From the IMG/VR virus record IMGVR_UViG_3300037467_003067, positions 128,001 through 192,000 of that record: a DNA stretch of 64,000 nucleotides. One strand, 5' to 3'. The position numbers were made by a program, and so were the translations under genes. Source of the stretch: a virus. Taxonomy: Duplodnaviria > Caudoviricetes. Below are positions 19,515 through 29,920 of this stretch, piece after piece (positions within the stretch are counted from its first letter, which is position 1; the number at the start of each line of letters is the position of its first letter). Below the pieces are notes generated by a model. It saw nothing but the letters and a program-made list of their open reading frames with translations, was not told the origin of the DNA and made no database searches.

Positions 19515-19555
19515 GGTACACCTCCCTTTCTAATAAGTTAAATGTTTTAATTACT

Positions 19556-22500
19556 TTAATTGTTTGCGATGACATACCACTTGCTTGACCCATCGCTGGC
19601 GACCGTGACATATTTGTTTGCTGAGGCCAAGGGATAGGTGCCACTCCCGTCGATTGTGTCTGATACGGCAGCCGTCACTGTAGCTGTGCCTGTGGTGGTG
19701 GATTTGACCGTAAATTGGCGTCCGATTATAACACCAGATGCGGCTGGCAAAGTTACTGCAAAGTCGCCCGAACTGGTATCGGTAAGCACGATTGAATCAT
19801 TTGTCGTTATGGTATATGCCGTGGTCTTAATAGCGCTGATAGCTGTTGCGATGCCGCTAAATGTTGCCACACCTGATGATGTGATTGTTGCCAACGCGGT
19901 CCCCGTGCTGTTTTGCCACTCCTGGAGGTTAGCTGTTTGGCTTGCTGTCCCCTTAATGGTCAAGCCCTTGGTGGTTGTCGCATTGGTGGTGACTTGGAGT
20001 TGACCATCGGGGTTCACCTCATTGATGCTTACTTTTCCGCCAGAGGCGTTGTTCAACAGAATACTTGACCCGTTTATCAGAATCGATTTCGCAAACGATG
20101 AAGTAAAAATCTGTCCTTGATCGCTTGTATCAGCCTTCAGGAAGAATGCTGAACCGCTGGCGGGATTAGCGAACGAAAATGAGATCACCTTATTGTTCGC
20201 TAATTTGATTGCCTCGGAAGTATCGGTAGAGGCTGCCCCAATTCCCAATCTACCAAGCGAGTCAATCGAAGCAAAAACCGTACCCGTGGAATCTTGCCAC
20301 TCCTGGAGGTTGGCTGTCTGGCTTGCGAAACCCTGGACAATCATTCCCTTGGTCGTCGCCGCATTGGGGGCAACCAAGAGTTGGGCACCCGGCGGCGCGT
20401 TGGTCCCAAGACTCAACTGACCATTCACATACAAGGCCGCGTTGAACGTGGAATTGACACCCAGATACATGACCGATGCGTGTTCGGTATAGAGAAAGCC
20501 GAAACTGTTATTCTGACCGAGCTTTGTTGACTTGCCGGTAGTCGTATTCGAAGAAACAATCTGGTTGAAATTCTCTGCCCCGGAAGCGATGCAATTCCCC
20601 GCAAAGCTTGCCCCAGCGGCTGCAAACGCACCGCCCGAAGAGATCGAAGCGAGAGAAACTCCGGTTGAATCTTTGACTTCGAGCAAATTCCCCGTCTGGC
20701 TCGCCGCCCCCTTGACCAGCAAGGCAGTCCCGGCCGCGTCCCGATTGGTAATTTGCAGTTGGGCACCGGGAGACGGCTCATTGATACCGATAAGACCAAA
20801 ATTGTCGATACGCATCCGCTCGGCCAATGTCGCGTGCGGATAATTGGTGTAAAACGCCAAGGCCCCGGTAAGATTGGCACTCGTTGGAGCAATCGCCGCA
20901 ATCTTCGCCTGATAATAGGTCTCATCGCTAGGAGTCGAGGCACCGCTCGTCGGCACAAAGAACCTGAGATCGACACTATTATTATCGGCTTGAGCCTGCG
21001 TGCTACGCAAATCAAAAGCTTTCGCGTGCGTCCCACCCGCAATCGCGATCGACGTACCCGTTCCATTCGGACGCAATTCAATATTCTGATTAGATTGCGT
21101 ATTCATGGTAAGAGGTCCGAATTGAGACGAGGTTACTATCGTTTCATTGTTTCCTAGTACGTTGTAGCCAATCCTCAATAGATCGGGCGTAGCGTTGGCA
21201 CCGAAAGATGCGACATAGCCGGAAGTCACCTTGGTTACGGAGAAAGTGCCGCCCGCCCCGAAGTAACCGAGTACACCCCCTACGCTATCCCTCCACTCCT
21301 GAAGATTAGCGGTTTGTGAGGTAGCACATTGGACGATTGCGGGCACGGTCGTCGCGGTAGCGGCGGTTGCGACAATGCTCCCACCGTAAATATTGAGCCA
21401 CTGATTGGTGGGTGCACCCAATGAGACAGTGTTGTTGTTGTCCGGATAGATAGCTGCCTGATAGAAGGAGATATTTTGAGTGCCGCTACTCACAATAAGC
21501 CCGGCAGCGGCTGGTGCCGACACAATAATATTGTTCGCATCAATCGATATGTAACCAACATTGCCCGGTGCGAGCAATGAGAGGCTTGTAGTCCCATGGA
21601 TACTAAGTTGTCCCCCGCCAGTAATATTGGAAGCACTACCATTCAAGGCAAGGCTGCCCGAAGTCGATGTGGTTCGCCCAATCGACAGAGTGTCAAAGGC
21701 TCCAGCCCCTACCGTGGAATTGAAGAAGAACGAATCGTCGCCGTCTGTCTTCATGCGAAAGGTTATGTCTCCACTCACATCATCATGGTTGAATCCACCA
21801 ATCGGAGTCGTATCTTCCAAATTCCAATTGATTTGAGATGAGTTGAACTGTACGACCACGTCAGACGGCTTACCGACGTCAAAGGTGGTATGTAAGGTGA
21901 TGGGGCGAACCTGACCCTCTTCGGGACGATCGGGGCGAGTGCTCGCACAGATATGCCGCTCACACATCCATGAGCCGCCCTCTTGGTAATTGATTTCCCA
22001 AAAATCGTAATATGTTTTTTCGTCGGGGTTGTACGCCACACCATCCTGACCATGACAGTTATAACCAATTCGGAATGAGCTTGTCTCCGGAGCACCGGGC
22101 GGGGTCTCGGGGTCGCCATTAGGGTGGTGCGACATCGTTGTAAGGAACGGTGCGGCTAGCAAGGGGTCGGCAGAGTAATACCTTTGGAAGAATGTCGTCG
22201 TATTGATGGACGCATCCTGGACGATAACGCCATCCTTATCGATATAGGTCGGGGAGGTACCATCGCTGTATTGCCACTCAGTCATATTGGCGGTAGGTGT
22301 AGCTGCTGCCTGAACAATCAACCCCTTGGTTGTCGTCGAAGTAGCCGTTACTTGAAGTCGACCGTCAACCTGCAGTAGTTTAGTTGAGTCATTCCAGGAC
22401 AACGACGTTGATTGTCCAAGTTGACTTGAAGAGTCAACAAAGAGAACGCTGTTAGGAGTGCCGCCAGAAACCGACCCGCCAACCTTGCCACCTGCTTGAC

Positions 22501-22825
22501 CTTCGATTGTGCCAATAGCAGTGTGGATATCTAATAGATACCCAGCGGTCATGGCGATTTCGACAACATCATCTACAACCAAAGCAATATCAGATGTGCC
22601 TTCTATGACTGCAGCGATAGTCAACGTATTGCCAGTTATGCTGGTTATTTTGAAGATTGCATAAGCATCATCGCTCATTCGGCGACAAGTCACTCGGATC
22701 GGTGCCGAGGGCGAAGGCGTGCCGAAGAGGCTGCCGTTTGCGACGACCAATGTACCGGAGCTAATTTCGTGATTTGCGGTCAAAACCGATCTGACATCGT
22801 TTATTGGTGTTGTAAAAATCGACAT
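19556..22825 (-). CDS. Long tail fibre protein with internal repeats
   Basis: Gly/Ser/Thr-rich; five copies of an xQTANLQEWxxSxG-like repeat; GIG/GIN trimer-type motifs. Confidence 0.8.
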   Translation of the reverse strand: MSIFTTPINDVRSVLTANHEISSGTLVVANGSLFGTPSPSAPIRVTCRRMSDDAYAIFKITSITGNTLTIAAVIEGTSDIALVVDDVVEIAMTAGYLLDIHTAIGTIEGQAGGKVGGSVSGGTPNSVLFVDSSSQLGQSTSLSWNDSTKLLQVDGRLQVTATSTTTKGLIVQAAATPTANMTEWQYSDGTSPTYIDKDGVIVQDASINTTTFFQRYYSADPLLAAPFLTTMSHHPNGDPETPPGAPETSSFRIGYNCHGQDGVAYNPDEKTYYDFWEINYQEGGSWMCERHICASTRPDRPEEGQVRPITLHTTFDVGKPSDVVVQFNSSQINWNLEDTTPIGGFNHDDVSGDITFRMKTDGDDSFFFNSTVGAGAFDTLSIGRTTSTSGSLALNGSASNITGGGQLSIHGTTSLSLLAPGNVGYISIDANNIIVSAPAAAGLIVSSGTQNISFYQAAIYPDNNNTVSLGAPTNQWLNIYGGSIVATAATATTVPAIVQCATSQTANLQEWRDSVGGVLGYFGAGGTFSVTKVTSGYVASFGANATPDLLRIGYNVLGNNETIVTSSQFGPLTMNTQSNQNIELRPNGTGTSIAIAGGTHAKAFDLRSTQAQADNNSVDLRFFVPTSGASTPSDETYYQAKIAAIAPTSANLTGALAFYTNYPHATLAERMRIDNFGLIGINEPSPGAQLQITNRDAAGTALLVKGAASQTGNLLEVKDSTGVSLASISSGGAFAAAGASFAGNCIASGAENFNQIVSSNTTTGKSTKLGQNNSFGFLYTEHASVMYLGVNSTFNAALYVNGQLSLGTNAPPGAQLLVAPNAATTKGMIVQGFASQTANLQEWQDSTGTVFASIDSLGRLGIGAASTDTSEAIKLANNKVISFSFANPASGSAFFLKADTSDQGQIFTSSFAKSILINGSSILLNNASGGKVSINEVNPDGQLQVTTNATTTKGLTIKGTASQTANLQEWQNSTGTALATITSSGVATFSGIATAISAIKTTAYTITTNDSIVLTDTSSGDFAVTLPAASGVIIGRQFTVKSTTTGTATVTAAVSDTIDGSGTYPLASANKYVTVASDGSSKWYVIANN

Positions 22826-23271
22826 TAATTATCCAATCTTATATCTAGGCGACCTATCTCGAAACGAACACGATCGCCAACACTTATTGTTTTTGATGTA
22901 TTCAAAGAACCCCAAAATAAGACGTTGCCGGTGCCTACCGTTAACGAATCCATAATGGCAACATGTGTGATGCTTCCCCAAGTCGATGTGGCAGCAGCGA
23001 ATTCGACAGCAACCGCATTCTCAGTTGTTCCGTTTGTTCCAGAAGAAGGACCACTGATATTGCCATGGGTTCCTGTCCAAAGAGACGCATCCGGTCCCAT
23101 TTCTATCCGCTCATATTCAGGGGCATCAACTTCAATGATCGTTCCGCCCGTGCTTGTGTCGTCAGGAGCGGCTTTGAGCAGGGCAATAGCGATCGTCGAA
23201 GGAGTATAAGAAATCCCACGGAAGATATGATCGATTAGCTTATTTTCCAAATAATTAGACATCGCAGCCAT
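22825..23271 (-). CDS. Phage tail fibre-associated structural protein
   Basis: MSNYLENKLIDH..., FAAATSTWGSITH, GNVLFWG pattern. Confidence 0.75.
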   Translation of the reverse strand: MAAMSNYLENKLIDHIFRGISYTPSTIAIALLKAAPDDTSTGGTIIEVDAPEYERIEMGPDASLWTGTHGNISGPSSGTNGTTENAVAVEFAAATSTWGSITHVAIMDSLTVGTGNVLFWGSLNTSKTISVGDRVRFEIGRLDIRLDN

Positions 23272-23317
23272 GAAACAGTACCTTTCTTAGTGTTTATCTA
23301 TCTACTTAAAATACAAG

Positions 23318-23623
23318 TTATCTATTTAATTTCTCGCGAATAGCCGCCCGGCGCATTCTTTCGATGCTGCGACGTGCCGCATCCATCCCAGCCGGACTCA
23401 AGTTCTGCGTGCTAGGATGACTGATCTCCTGCTTCTGAACTACAGGAACAAGTTGATTTGACTGAACATGAGCCTCGGGGTGAGACTGTGCCGCGACAAT
23501 GGTCGGATTTGGTCTGGGTGTTTGATTCGCCCTCAATTGCTGAATATTCTGAGAAGCAATGGTTTGATTGCGGGGAGAAAAATTATTGACTTTAGGCTTA
23601 TTCTTCGAACATCCACAACCCAT
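23318..23623 (-). CDS. Small MGCGC-start protein
   Basis: ORF with TATATA upstream at about 23650. Confidence 0.6.
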   Translation of the reverse strand: MGCGCSKNKPKVNNFSPRNQTIASQNIQQLRANQTPRPNPTIVAAQSHPEAHVQSNQLVPVVQKQEISHPSTQNLSPAGMDAARRSIERMRRAAIREKLNR

Positions 23624-23676
23624 GTTGCCCCCTATGTTAAATAACCTTTTATATATACTATTTTAATTGCAACTAT

Positions 23677-25194
23677 TTGGAGAAGAAAATGGTTGCTTTA
23701 GATCCAAAGAAAATGCTTAAAGAAGCGGTCCAAAAAGCACAAGATTGTTTCAAAGTCGGAGAACTGGAATACGGTCAGGAAATTCTAGTTCAAGTCCTCC
23801 GGTGTGATCCTGATAACCAAGCCGCAATCCAACTTCTCGGAATCTTCCACCACAAGTGCCGAAGATATAGGGAGGCAATCCCTTTCTTTGAAAAAGCAAT
23901 CAGCCTAGACCCATCAAATCCAGATAATTACAACAATTTGGCTCTGTGTCAAACATCGGTTGGTCATACGGAAATTGCGATTGCCAATCTCGAAAAAGCC
24001 ATTTCCATCAATCCTAATGATGTCAAATACCACAACAATTTAGCACTTCAATACAGACGCCAGAAAAATTATGACAAAGCACTTGAAGCTCTCAATAAGG
24101 CTGTGGAGATTGATCCGAATGATACGCAAGTTTGGTCTAATCTAGGAGGTATATATGGAGAAACCCGAGATTTAGATAAAGCCATCGAATGTTATAAGAC
24201 TGCTTTGAGCCTAGATCCCAATATGGCATCAGCCCACGTCGACCTTGCTTACACGTACCACATGGTAGGTAACTATAAGGAAGCCTGGAAAGAGTACGAG
24301 TATCGTTTCGACTTCTTCGACCACCTTTGGTTTTACAACAATCGGTATAATCCCGCTCTAAGGTGGAAGACTCACGACCTAGATTTGACTAATAAGACTA
24401 TCATTCTTTATTGCGAGCAAGGCTTGGGTGATACGCTCAACTTTGTCCGCTACATCCCCATTCTCAAAGACCGATTTGACTGCAAAGTCATTCTCCATTG
24501 TTCTGATAATCTCCAATCGCTCCTTAGGGCTTCCGAACTCGGGATCAACGAGTTCTTCACGGTCCCGATCGTGATCATGAAGCCCGAGCATATCCCGCCG
24601 CACGACCACCACGCCTCGCTGATGAGTCTGCCCTACTTGCTCGACCTCAACTTCATCCCGAGGAGCCCATACCTCAAACCAACGGTCCAGGAGAAGGTCG
24701 ATCTGGGATACGAAGGTTACAAGAAAATCGGTATCTGCTGGGCGGGTAGCCCGCAACACCCGAACGATTCGATTAGGTCGTGCTATTTGAACATGTTCAG
24801 GGATATCCACGATCTCCCCGGAGTCAAGCTCTACAGCCTCCAGGAGAATTACAGCGCCAGGATATACCCCAACGGCATGACGCCCGTGGACTACACGGAG
24901 AAATCCCACGGCATGAAGATAGTCGACCTCAGAGACCACATGAGTAGTTTCGAGAATACAGCTAATTTGCTCACCGGACTCGATTTGGTCATCACCGTCG
25001 ATACGGCGTTGCTTCATCTTTGCGGGGCGTTGGGAATCCCCACGATTGGGCTGATTTCTTATTTGCCGGATTGGAGATGGGGGACCGAGGGTGAGACCAC
25101 GCCGTGGTACGATAGCGTGACATTGGCGCGGCAGCAGGAATTGGGCGACTGGAAGGGGTTGTTTGAAACCGTTCTGAAGAAGGTGTCTGGATGA
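23677..25194 (+). CDS. TPR-repeat glycosyltransferase (GT9-like C-terminus)
   Basis: About 5 TPRs, then EQGLGDTLNF, IGICWAG, DLVITVDTALLHL, DWRW. Confidence 0.88.
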   Translation: MEKKMVALDPKKMLKEAVQKAQDCFKVGELEYGQEILVQVLRCDPDNQAAIQLLGIFHHKCRRYREAIPFFEKAISLDPSNPDNYNNLALCQTSVGHTEIAIANLEKAISINPNDVKYHNNLALQYRRQKNYDKALEALNKAVEIDPNDTQVWSNLGGIYGETRDLDKAIECYKTALSLDPNMASAHVDLAYTYHMVGNYKEAWKEYEYRFDFFDHLWFYNNRYNPALRWKTHDLDLTNKTIILYCEQGLGDTLNFVRYIPILKDRFDCKVILHCSDNLQSLLRASELGINEFFTVPIVIMKPEHIPPHDHHASLMSLPYLLDLNFIPRSPYLKPTVQEKVDLGYEGYKKIGICWAGSPQHPNDSIRSCYLNMFRDIHDLPGVKLYSLQENYSARIYPNGMTPVDYTEKSHGMKIVDLRDHMSSFENTANLLTGLDLVITVDTALLHLCGALGIPTIGLISYLPDWRWGTEGETTPWYDSVTLARQQELGDWKGLFETVLKKVSG

Positions 25195-25994
25195 TCTACT
25201 ACCGAATCAGCGACCAGAGCTATCCCAAAGTCAAACTGCCCGGCGCTACCAAACAAGTGTGCTTTAATAACTTCAAGTATTCTATTGGAAAACATCCATA
25301 TGAAGTTATATTTGATAATTGCAAAAAAGAAACGGTTGAGTCCCTAGTCAATCAAGGGATCAACCGTTTCCACGAGACTCAATTGGGCAACGCTGGATCA
25401 TTCCGATTTGCGATGGACCTGGCGAAGGTAGAGCACAGACCCGAGTACGAGGCAATCTACTTCGTAGAGGACGATTACCTGCATCTTCCCACAGCCACCA
25501 TCGAGTTGATCGAAGAAGGCTTGGAAATAGCCGATTACGTGACGCTCTACGACCATCCCGACAAGTACAGCAAGGATTACGACTTCGGCGAAGTTTCCAA
25601 GGTGATGAGGACTAAGTCCTCATACTGGCGGCACACGATCAGCACGTGTATGACGTTCGCCACCACCGTGAGGAAGTTGGTCGAGGACGAGGATATCTGG
25701 ACCAAGTATCTGGGAGGGCAGCACCCCCATGATCACCTGATCTTCACGGAGTTGCACCAGAAGGGAAGGAAGTTGGCGGTCAGCATTCCGGGGCATGCCT
25801 GCCATTGTGATCCAACATGGGGAGGGATGGAGGCGATTGAGGATTGGGCTGTTGACATGATGTGGAATGAATATTCAAAGGATGCTATCTCTAACCCGCA
25901 GTTCTTTAATTACATAAAACTTATTTTTGAAATGAATACAAGCAAGGTGGATAAGCTGAAAATGATGATCGGCTTGCTCCACGGTCAAAACTGA
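25191..25994 (+). CDS. GT-A fold glycosyltransferase-like protein
   Basis: GNAGSF, YFVEDDYLH, TCMTFA. Confidence 0.65.
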   Translation: MIYYRISDQSYPKVKLPGATKQVCFNNFKYSIGKHPYEVIFDNCKKETVESLVNQGINRFHETQLGNAGSFRFAMDLAKVEHRPEYEAIYFVEDDYLHLPTATIELIEEGLEIADYVTLYDHPDKYSKDYDFGEVSKVMRTKSSYWRHTISTCMTFATTVRKLVEDEDIWTKYLGGQHPHDHLIFTELHQKGRKLAVSIPGHACHCDPTWGGMEAIEDWAVDMMWNEYSKDAISNPQFFNYIKLIFEMNTSKVDKLKMMIGLLHGQN

Positions 25995-26016
25995 AACCGT
26001 GGAGCAAGCCGAAAGG

Positions 26017-27627
26017 TTAATTCTTCGCCAGGCTCGCGCCCATCTGAGCCATGTACGCCTCTTGCATCCGTCGAATACGTGGGTCGAAAGTATCACAGCC
26101 CGGCACAGGGGTCAACTCCCGCCACGACCCCCACGCCCTGCCCCTGGTCTCGGAGAAGAGCTCCCAATTGGGCGTGCGATTCTTAACTCCGGGGCGACCG
26201 TCGAAGACGATCTGGAGATTGCCCGAATTGCCATCAATCAGATCTTTGACCGAGATCGGATACACCCGATCTTTCTTTCGGTCGCATCGGACTCCAACCG
26301 GGCAGGGGATGGATCGCTTCCAGAGGTTCTCCGACCCCTTCATGACTTGGGCATATCCCTGCTCGTACAGTCGCGAGCCATAGAGCAGGTCGCCTGCACC
26401 AATGAGACAGGTCTTATATCCTTCTTCGGTGTCGGACCGTACTGCGCGGTGATTGTACTCGCCCATGCCAATGGCAAGGTTGATTGGGCTATACCCAGCG
26501 GAGATCACGGCAGGAAAGAGTTTGCTGAAAAGAATGGTGTCGCTGACACCATCCCCCTGGAGGATACCGCACAGGTTCAATACTCGCAAGCCGCCAGCCT
26601 CGGCGGTCGCCTTCTCGTTGATACCGAAACCTTGTTCATCGAAGATCCTCATCCCTTGGATGACGGTTTCGACCACATCCCCAGAATCAGGACGACCGAC
26701 GAGAAAGCCGCCTTTGACCTTGATGACCTGGGCATACGAAGCGAGTTTCCACATGCCGTCGAGGTAGTTATAGGAATCGGCGACGAAGGCAAGAAACCCG
26801 TCGCCGAATCGCTCGATGGCATTCCGGATCGAATCATCTTCGGTCGGCCAAGTGGTTACCGTACGGTGGGCAGCAGCCATGATCGAGGATGCACCGAATG
26901 GTTCCTCGGCGTTGTAATCCATCTGGGCGAGGAATGCAGCATCGCACGTATCGGTCCCGAGCCAGTTGATCAGGTGAGCGATGCCGGTGATCAAGGTCGA
27001 TGCGCCGCCACGGCGACCGAAGTCATGGAATTTATAAGCGCACATGGCAGCCAGTTCTTCATCGCTCTTGTCGCGATAGACTTTGCGATAGACGTCAATG
27101 TAGGCGTCTTTGCGAATCCGACCACGAGTCGCGACGACCGAGGATGTCCAGAGATAGGGCAGCATAGATGATTCAATCCAGCCCACAAGTTCGCCCATCC
27201 CTGGTTCATCACAAAAAACCTGGACGTGTGGTTCGCCGACATAGTGGGCTTGTCCGTCCGGCAAAGCTGCGATCACAATGGGAGGAATGCCGCCGTATTC
27301 CTTGACCAAACGCAGGAACATCTCTTCCGGGAATGGGTAAGGCTTGGAATACGGCGGTTGTGACGATGCGTGAAAGGTCGAATAGAATTTATTCGACCGA
27401 GTCACGTCCCGCATCGTCACGGCATCGAGGAGGTTGGTTTCGACGTAGGGACGAATCCCCGCCGATAGTAACCTCTGATCGGCACGTTCGTCGCCCCCGT
27501 ATCGCAAGGGTTTTCGAAACACGCCCTGAGAACACTGGAAGTCCAGCATGCCAGGCGGGACCAATTCAAAATGTCCAGCTTGATAAGCGTCCACGTTCAC
27601 CGGCATCGGCGTGCGGTAGGTTCTCAT
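26017..27627 (-). CDS. nadV: Nicotinamide phosphoribosyltransferase (NAMPT)
   Basis: DAYQAGH, HDFGRRG, AAAHRT, VADSY, RPDSGD, QGDGV. Confidence 0.85.
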   Translation of the reverse strand: MRTYRTPMPVNVDAYQAGHFELVPPGMLDFQCSQGVFRKPLRYGGDERADQRLLSAGIRPYVETNLLDAVTMRDVTRSNKFYSTFHASSQPPYSKPYPFPEEMFLRLVKEYGGIPPIVIAALPDGQAHYVGEPHVQVFCDEPGMGELVGWIESSMLPYLWTSSVVATRGRIRKDAYIDVYRKVYRDKSDEELAAMCAYKFHDFGRRGGASTLITGIAHLINWLGTDTCDAAFLAQMDYNAEEPFGASSIMAAAHRTVTTWPTEDDSIRNAIERFGDGFLAFVADSYNYLDGMWKLASYAQVIKVKGGFLVGRPDSGDVVETVIQGMRIFDEQGFGINEKATAEAGGLRVLNLCGILQGDGVSDTILFSKLFPAVISAGYSPINLAIGMGEYNHRAVRSDTEEGYKTCLIGAGDLLYGSRLYEQGYAQVMKGSENLWKRSIPCPVGVRCDRKKDRVYPISVKDLIDGNSGNLQIVFDGRPGVKNRTPNWELFSETRGRAWGSWRELTPVPGCDTFDPRIRRMQEAYMAQMGASLAKN

Positions 27628-27661
27628 CTAGACTCTCATCATGAGAAGAAAGGAAGTTCGT

Positions 27662-29068
27662 TCACTTTCGGCGACGGTGCGGAGTGTCGAACTTCCCGTT
27701 GCGGAAGGCTTCCATCGATTGCTCAAATTGTCCGTTGGACGACGATCTACGAGCAATTTCTTCGTCGCTGGGATAGAAGTCATCGTCGATCTTGACGCCG
27801 TGGTCGCGCTGCTGGCGACGGTACATACTCTTGAGATCATTGTAGGCGCTCTGGTCGGTATCGACCAGAGCCGGACCGTAGTCAAGCCAACTCTTCACCT
27901 CGCGGGGATCGTCGGTATCGAACTCCTTCATCAAGGAGAGACACACCTCAACCCAGCTATTGTTGCCACCAATCTCTCTGACGCGATCTTGTAAGACCAA
28001 TCGCATCTCGTCGGTGTTGGGGCGAGGCACGTAGATCTGGTGTCCGAACCGTGATCCCAGCGAACCCTTGTGGACGGTGTTCAGTAAGTTTCGGTCATTG
28101 CATGTAGCAATGCAAAGGAAATTTACCTTCACCTTGTCTTGCTTGAAGTGCGTGAATTTCGAAACTTCGGCACGCTCATCCAACATTGCCAGCCAAACTG
28201 TCAGGATATCGGGCGGCACTTTCTCGATTTCTTCCACGAAGACGAGCGGCGGGCAAGCATCGCGGAACGTGGTGCGGAAGAGACGGATGATCCCTGCCTT
28301 GGTCGCATTCGGCGCGTCAAGCGTGAAATGGGAACCTTTCGGAAACAGCCGCTTGAAACCGCGAAGGATGCGATATTTGGCAGCAGCAGGCGGTCCCCAA
28401 TAAAGAACATGGTTGCGAGAGAGGTCGACCAGCTTGTCTTTCCCGCCTTGTTTCTGAATCTCGGCGCTGCGTTGGAAGGCATCGATAGCACGAAGACCAC
28501 GCCGAATATGGGCTGCACGCCCATAGATGCCGCGAAACGCTTCGTGATCGTTGATCGCGGAATCGCCGCCCGTCAACAACTCCTGAGGTATCTTGAGTTC
28601 ATAGGGTGGGATGATGAGCGACGTGTCCATGTCTTCAATGTGGGAAATATCGTCATCTTCCGAAGCACATTCGGGATTATCGTTCGGCTTTTGCTTCCAC
28701 CGGTTGGCGCGGTCCTTCAGCACGGATTCGATCTCTTCGGCAGTTGGCGCTTCATCCCAAGTATAAGGGTGTTCACGGAACTTCTGGGGATGGTGCAGCA
28801 ATTGGTCTAGAACCACGCGCACCTCCAGTAGCGAAGTTGCTTCCTCAGTGACTTGGCGGATCGTGATGTCAGCACGATATTGCCATCGTTTGGTTGGAAA
28901 TTCCTTGAGGATCGGGTCCACCAATCGCTTCCGAGTGATCTCCCAGCCGCGAGTCTGCTTGTTGAATTGATCGAAGAGGAACCGTAAATGTTTCTTGACC
29001 ATTTCATCAGGAACCCGAGAACTAGTGAACCGCCACAGTGTCGTCTTGATGACTTCCAACTTGTCCAT
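27662..29068 (-). CDS. AAA+ ATPase with divergent Walker motifs
   Basis: YWGPPAAAKY, VFVEEIEK, IATCN, SRF; TTTACA-N17-TACAAT promoter at 29124-29152 favours the 29068 start. Confidence 0.7.
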   Translation of the reverse strand: MDKLEVIKTTLWRFTSSRVPDEMVKKHLRFLFDQFNKQTRGWEITRKRLVDPILKEFPTKRWQYRADITIRQVTEEATSLLEVRVVLDQLLHHPQKFREHPYTWDEAPTAEEIESVLKDRANRWKQKPNDNPECASEDDDISHIEDMDTSLIIPPYELKIPQELLTGGDSAINDHEAFRGIYGRAAHIRRGLRAIDAFQRSAEIQKQGGKDKLVDLSRNHVLYWGPPAAAKYRILRGFKRLFPKGSHFTLDAPNATKAGIIRLFRTTFRDACPPLVFVEEIEKVPPDILTVWLAMLDERAEVSKFTHFKQDKVKVNFLCIATCNDRNLLNTVHKGSLGSRFGHQIYVPRPNTDEMRLVLQDRVREIGGNNSWVEVCLSLMKEFDTDDPREVKSWLDYGPALVDTDQSAYNDLKSMYRRQQRDHGVKIDDDFYPSDEEIARRSSSNGQFEQSMEAFRNGKFDTPHRRRK

Positions 29069-29151
29069 TGGACTTATCCCCTTTAGAGTGGCGGCGGGTT
29101 CGATATCGTCGATGTTCCTTTTTATTGTATCCAAGGTAACTGAAACTGTAA

Positions 29152-29187
29152 ACACGAAAACCGACTTGTGTTAGTCGGTTTTCGTGT
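29152..29187. terminator. Hairpin downstream of 29222..29695
   Basis: ACACGAAAACCGACT-TGTGTT-AGTCGGTTTTCGTGT. Confidence 0.65.
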
Positions 29188-29221
29188 CAAAATCGTCAAA
29201 GTTGGTTTTTAGGTGGTAAAT

Positions 29222-29695
29222 TTAGTCGATCAAGATGTCCACGCCTTCAAGGGGGTCTTCTACCAGAAGGGTATCGGCGGGCTGGGGCGTTGAAACGGGG
29301 ACGATCGCAGTGGCATCGTGAATCGGGCGAACCGACTGATCGGTCTTGGGCTTGAGGTGATGCTCGACGGCTCCCTCATTAGTGATGATCTCGGGTTGAT
29401 CTAAGATAAGTTTGTCAGTCATGCTATCATTCACTCCTTTTCCTGTTGGTGATTCTAACTCCTTGATTACTCGCAATTCGTGAGAACGAACCATCGCCAT
29501 GAAATAATTGTCACCCTCAAACAGCCCCCGAGGTCCAACCGCGCGGCTCCCTTTCGAATCCGGCTTTGGCAAGGTGAGAGTGGCATCCGAATTATTCTGG
29601 TAGACGTAGAGTCCGCTACCCGCGAGATCACGCTTTAGCTTGGCTCTCATAAACTCGCTACGCTCGTAGCGATTCATCTTCTTCTGGTATCGCAT
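29222..29695 (-). CDS. Hypothetical late protein
   Basis: AAGG RBS; TATATA at 29723. Confidence 0.65.
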   Translation of the reverse strand: MRYQKKMNRYERSEFMRAKLKRDLAGSGLYVYQNNSDATLTLPKPDSKGSRAVGPRGLFEGDNYFMAMVRSHELRVIKELESPTGKGVNDSMTDKLILDQPEIITNEGAVEHHLKPKTDQSVRPIHDATAIVPVSTPQPADTLLVEDPLEGVDILID

Positions 29696-29920
29696 TTTAA
29701 CCTTTACAAAATCAGCATTATCTATATAATAGTGTGTCTAAATTTAGCTTTGACCTAAGAATTTGTCTTAGGCGAATAATTTTGGGCATTTTTTCATTGC
29801 CTAAAATCGCAAACCCTGGTACAGTAGTACCGATCGATCGCGGGAACCAGAAGAAAACGACCTCTGCTAATTCGACCCGTCCCACACGAATTGAACCCAA
29901 GTGATTACGGAGAATCCAAG

